From NCBI GenBank assembly GCA_041740815.1, contig JBGSLG010000157.1:20015-84014 (forward strand): DNA of 64,000 nt, given 5' to 3'. This stretch comes from Bacteroidales bacterium (lineage in GTDB: Bacteria; Bacteroidota; Bacteroidia; Bacteroidales; VadinHA17). Numbering within the stretch: the stretch's first letter is position 1; the number at the start of each line of letters is the position of its first letter. A program made the position numbers and the translations under genes. This document shows, piece by piece, positions 62,155 to 64,000 of the stretch. The notes beneath the pieces were generated by a model, which saw only the letters and a program-made list of their open reading frames with translations, did no database searches and was not told the DNA's origin.

Positions 62155-64000
62155 ATGCGCCCTGGCAGAATACTGCTTTTTCTGCTTGCCGTCGTTCTGA
62201 CGATCTTCCTTCTGAGTCTTGCGATCACTCATCAGAAGGAGGGGAGGGGCACACTGTACCATGACACAGATGTTGATACATCTGCGTTTGATACCACCAC
62301 TCATGATTCGCTTGCGGACAGCGGTGCAGTCTATGCTGAGCCGGCAGTTCCCACGGGGCAGCCTGAACAAAAAGCGACTAATACATCTGCGGAAGCAAAT
62401 CCTGCCGCTGCATCAGGAGTTACCGGTAGCGCCCGGGCTGTTGATGCGACAGCCGCTCCTGCAGCTGCATCAGGAGTTACCGGTAGCGCCCGGGCTGTTG
62501 ATGCTGCAGCCACTACTGCCGCCACGGTTCCCGCACCTTTTCATCCGGGTGACGCCCTCAGGGACTCCCTGGCAGGGGGTAGCCAGGTAAGGATACTATA
62601 TTACGGCGACTCACAGCTTGAAGGTGACCGTGTAACTTCTTTACTCAGAAGAGAGTTGAGGGATGACGGCGGAGGATCGGGGCCGGGGCTGATCTCACCG
62701 GTGATGCCGGTGATGTACACCCGTTCATACGTTGTGCGGTCATCATCAAACTGGAAGAGATACACGCTGCTCGATTACCGGAACGGAACTTTCCCGCACA
62801 ACAGGCTGGGTCCGATGCTTGCTGTCTGCCGGTTCACCCCTGCGGGTAAGACCCTGACCTCACGCTCTTTTGCCTCGGTAAGGATAAATCCTGTCCCCGG
62901 CGCTGATGCCTCCGTTTCAGTATATGAGAAGCTGAGGATATTCTACGGGAATAATTTCGATACAATCCTGGTGGGTATATGGTCAGGCAGCAACCTGGTT
63001 GACTTTGCGATGCTGCAGATGGGAGAAGGACCTCAGGAGTACGCCGTGCCTCTCCCTTCCATCTCCGATATCACCGTTGAGTTCACCGGCCGTAACTCTC
63101 CGGATATCTATGCGCTTAGTCTTGAGAGCAATACGGGTGTGATAATTGACAACGTGCCTGTCAGGGGGAGCGCCGGCCTTGAGTTTGTAATGACTGATAT
63201 TAAGGGCTTCGAGGGATGCCTCACCAAACTTGATCCTGATCTGATTTTCATGCAGTTCGGACTGAATGTGGTCAGAAATGTCCGAAGCGAGTATCATTAT
63301 TATGAGGAGGGTCTGGTCAAACAGGTTGAATACCTGAAGAGGGCTTCCGGTGGTACCCCGGTGGTGCTGGTGAGCGTTACGGATATGGCCCTGAGGGTCA
63401 GCGACACAATCAGACTCTTTCCGAATATCAGGGCCATAAGAGATGCACAGCAGAAGGCAGCCCGAAGAAGCGGAGCCATATTCTGGGATGCCTGGGAGTC
63501 TATGGGCGGCCCCGGCTCTATACTTAAATGGTATGAACATAATCCCCCGCTGGCCTCCAAAGATCTCACCCACCTCTCCAACGCCGGAGCTGATACTATA
63601 GCAGCAAGAATCTTCAGTGACCTGCTTGTTTCACGGACAGAGAGGGAACCATCAGATACGGGACTGGATGCAACGGGCCCGGTGACAACTGCAACAGGCT
63701 CACTTCCCTCCGGCGATGAGTCAACGGAGACAACTGAATCCGTCACTCTGCGCGTCGGGGCCGAGCCGTCAGGTACATCTGCAGCCGGCACTCTTTCCAC
63801 CAGAGCTGGGTCGACGGAGACATCTGCAGCCGGCACTCTTTCCACCAGGGCTGGACCGACGGAGACATCTGCAGCCGGCACTCTTCCTGCCGTGGGTGAG
63901 TCTCAGGAGACAGCCGCAACAGGCACACTCTCTTCCGGTGAAGAGCCCCCGGAGGCGGACACCTCCACCCCCGTAACCGCCGATGCCGACCCTGACGATG
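62155..64000 (+). CDS. SGNH/GDSL-family hydrolase with N-terminal TM anchor and repetitive low-complexity flanks (3' end outside window; not in the ORF track)
   Basis: My hand translation from ATG 62155 stays open to the window edge (615 codons): MRPGRILLFLLAVVLTIFLLSLAI... It carries block I ILYYGDSQLEGD, block III-like FMQFGLNVV and block V KDLTHLS (DxxH). All track ORFs in 62219-63976 are in other frames or on the other strand. Confidence 0.8.
   Translation, partial: MRPGRILLFLLAVVLTIFLLSLAITHQKEGRGTLYHDTDVDTSAFDTTTHDSLADSGAVYAEPAVPTGQPEQKATNTSAEANPAAASGVTGSARAVDATAAPAAASGVTGSARAVDAAATTAATVPAPFHPGDALRDSLAGGSQVRILYYGDSQLEGDRVTSLLRRELRDDGGGSGPGLISPVMPVMYTRSYVVRSSSNWKRYTLLDYRNGTFPHNRLGPMLAVCRFTPAGKTLTSRSFASVRINPVPGADASVSVYEKLRIFYGNNFDTILVGIWSGSNLVDFAMLQMGEGPQEYAVPLPSISDITVEFTGRNSPDIYALSLESNTGVIIDNVPVRGSAGLEFVMTDIKGFEGCLTKLDPDLIFMQFGLNVVRNVRSEYHYYEEGLVKQVEYLKRASGGTPVVLVSVTDMALRVSDTIRLFPNIRAIRDAQQKAARRSGAIFWDAWESMGGPGSILKWYEHNPPLASKDLTHLSNAGADTIAARIFSDLLVSRTEREPSDTGLDATGPVTTATGSLPSGDESTETTESVTLRVGAEPSGTSAAGTLSTRAGSTETSAAGTLSTRAGPTETSAAGTLPAVGESQETAATGTLSSGEEPPEADTSTPVTADADPDD

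Noticed and set aside
62219-63976. Track ORFs 62219-62590(+), 62331-62525(-), 62983-63573(-), 63300-63881(-), 63716-63976(+), 63743-63928(-)
   Set aside because: All overlap the long frame-1 ORF starting at 62155, which carries the GDS and DxxH hydrolase blocks. Their translations are low-complexity readings of the same repeats.

Overview
This 64-kb segment looks like part of a Bacteroidota chromosome. Support: a SusC/SusD pair, the T9SS gene porQ beside cmk, DUF4492-cydAB, recurrent TAnnTTTG -7 boxes, and almost no Shine-Dalgarno sites. I call about 60 protein genes and 2 tRNAs. Most are housekeeping: pfkA, ispH, cmk, etfBA plus acyl-CoA dehydrogenase, rpmE2, lon, coaD, pyrE, birA, rsfS, ftsH, cdsA, psd, pssA, cydAB, parAB and an MltD-like transglycosylase. 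Two regions stand out. (1) 18.8-27.7 kb carries four c-type cytochromes with 15 CXXCH motifs in total (1+7+1+6). With them are a dihaem-type cytochrome b, a small outer-membrane beta-barrel, an FNR-type regulator with FNR-like boxes, and a ResB-CcsA haem-lyase fusion. No recognisable terminal reductase is present. This is my best candidate for an undescribed system: a trans-envelope or extracellular electron-transfer module in a Bacteroidota host. (2) 2.9-8.4 kb is an AT-rich insertion. Spot counts of single 60-nt lines give 30-38% G+C inside versus about 55% outside. It lies next to tRNA-Pro and truncates an alpha/beta hydrolase gene. It carries a hypB / 893-aa Fe-S flavoprotein / hypA operon bracketed by 111-bp direct repeats, followed by three 62-bp hairpin repeats. 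No hydrogenase or integrase is in the window. Other points: the ORF track misses a 615-codon SGNH/GDSL hydrolase ORF that runs off the 3' edge (62155 onward). The window also starts inside a LysM protein gene. The 3' end of pssA is tandemly triplicated (60-bp units). The tRNA-His has two U-U mismatches in its acceptor stem. Twin palindromes sit upstream of hsp20. No CRISPR array, rRNA, transposase or integrase was seen. All functional calls come from reading motifs in the translations by eye. No database search was run.
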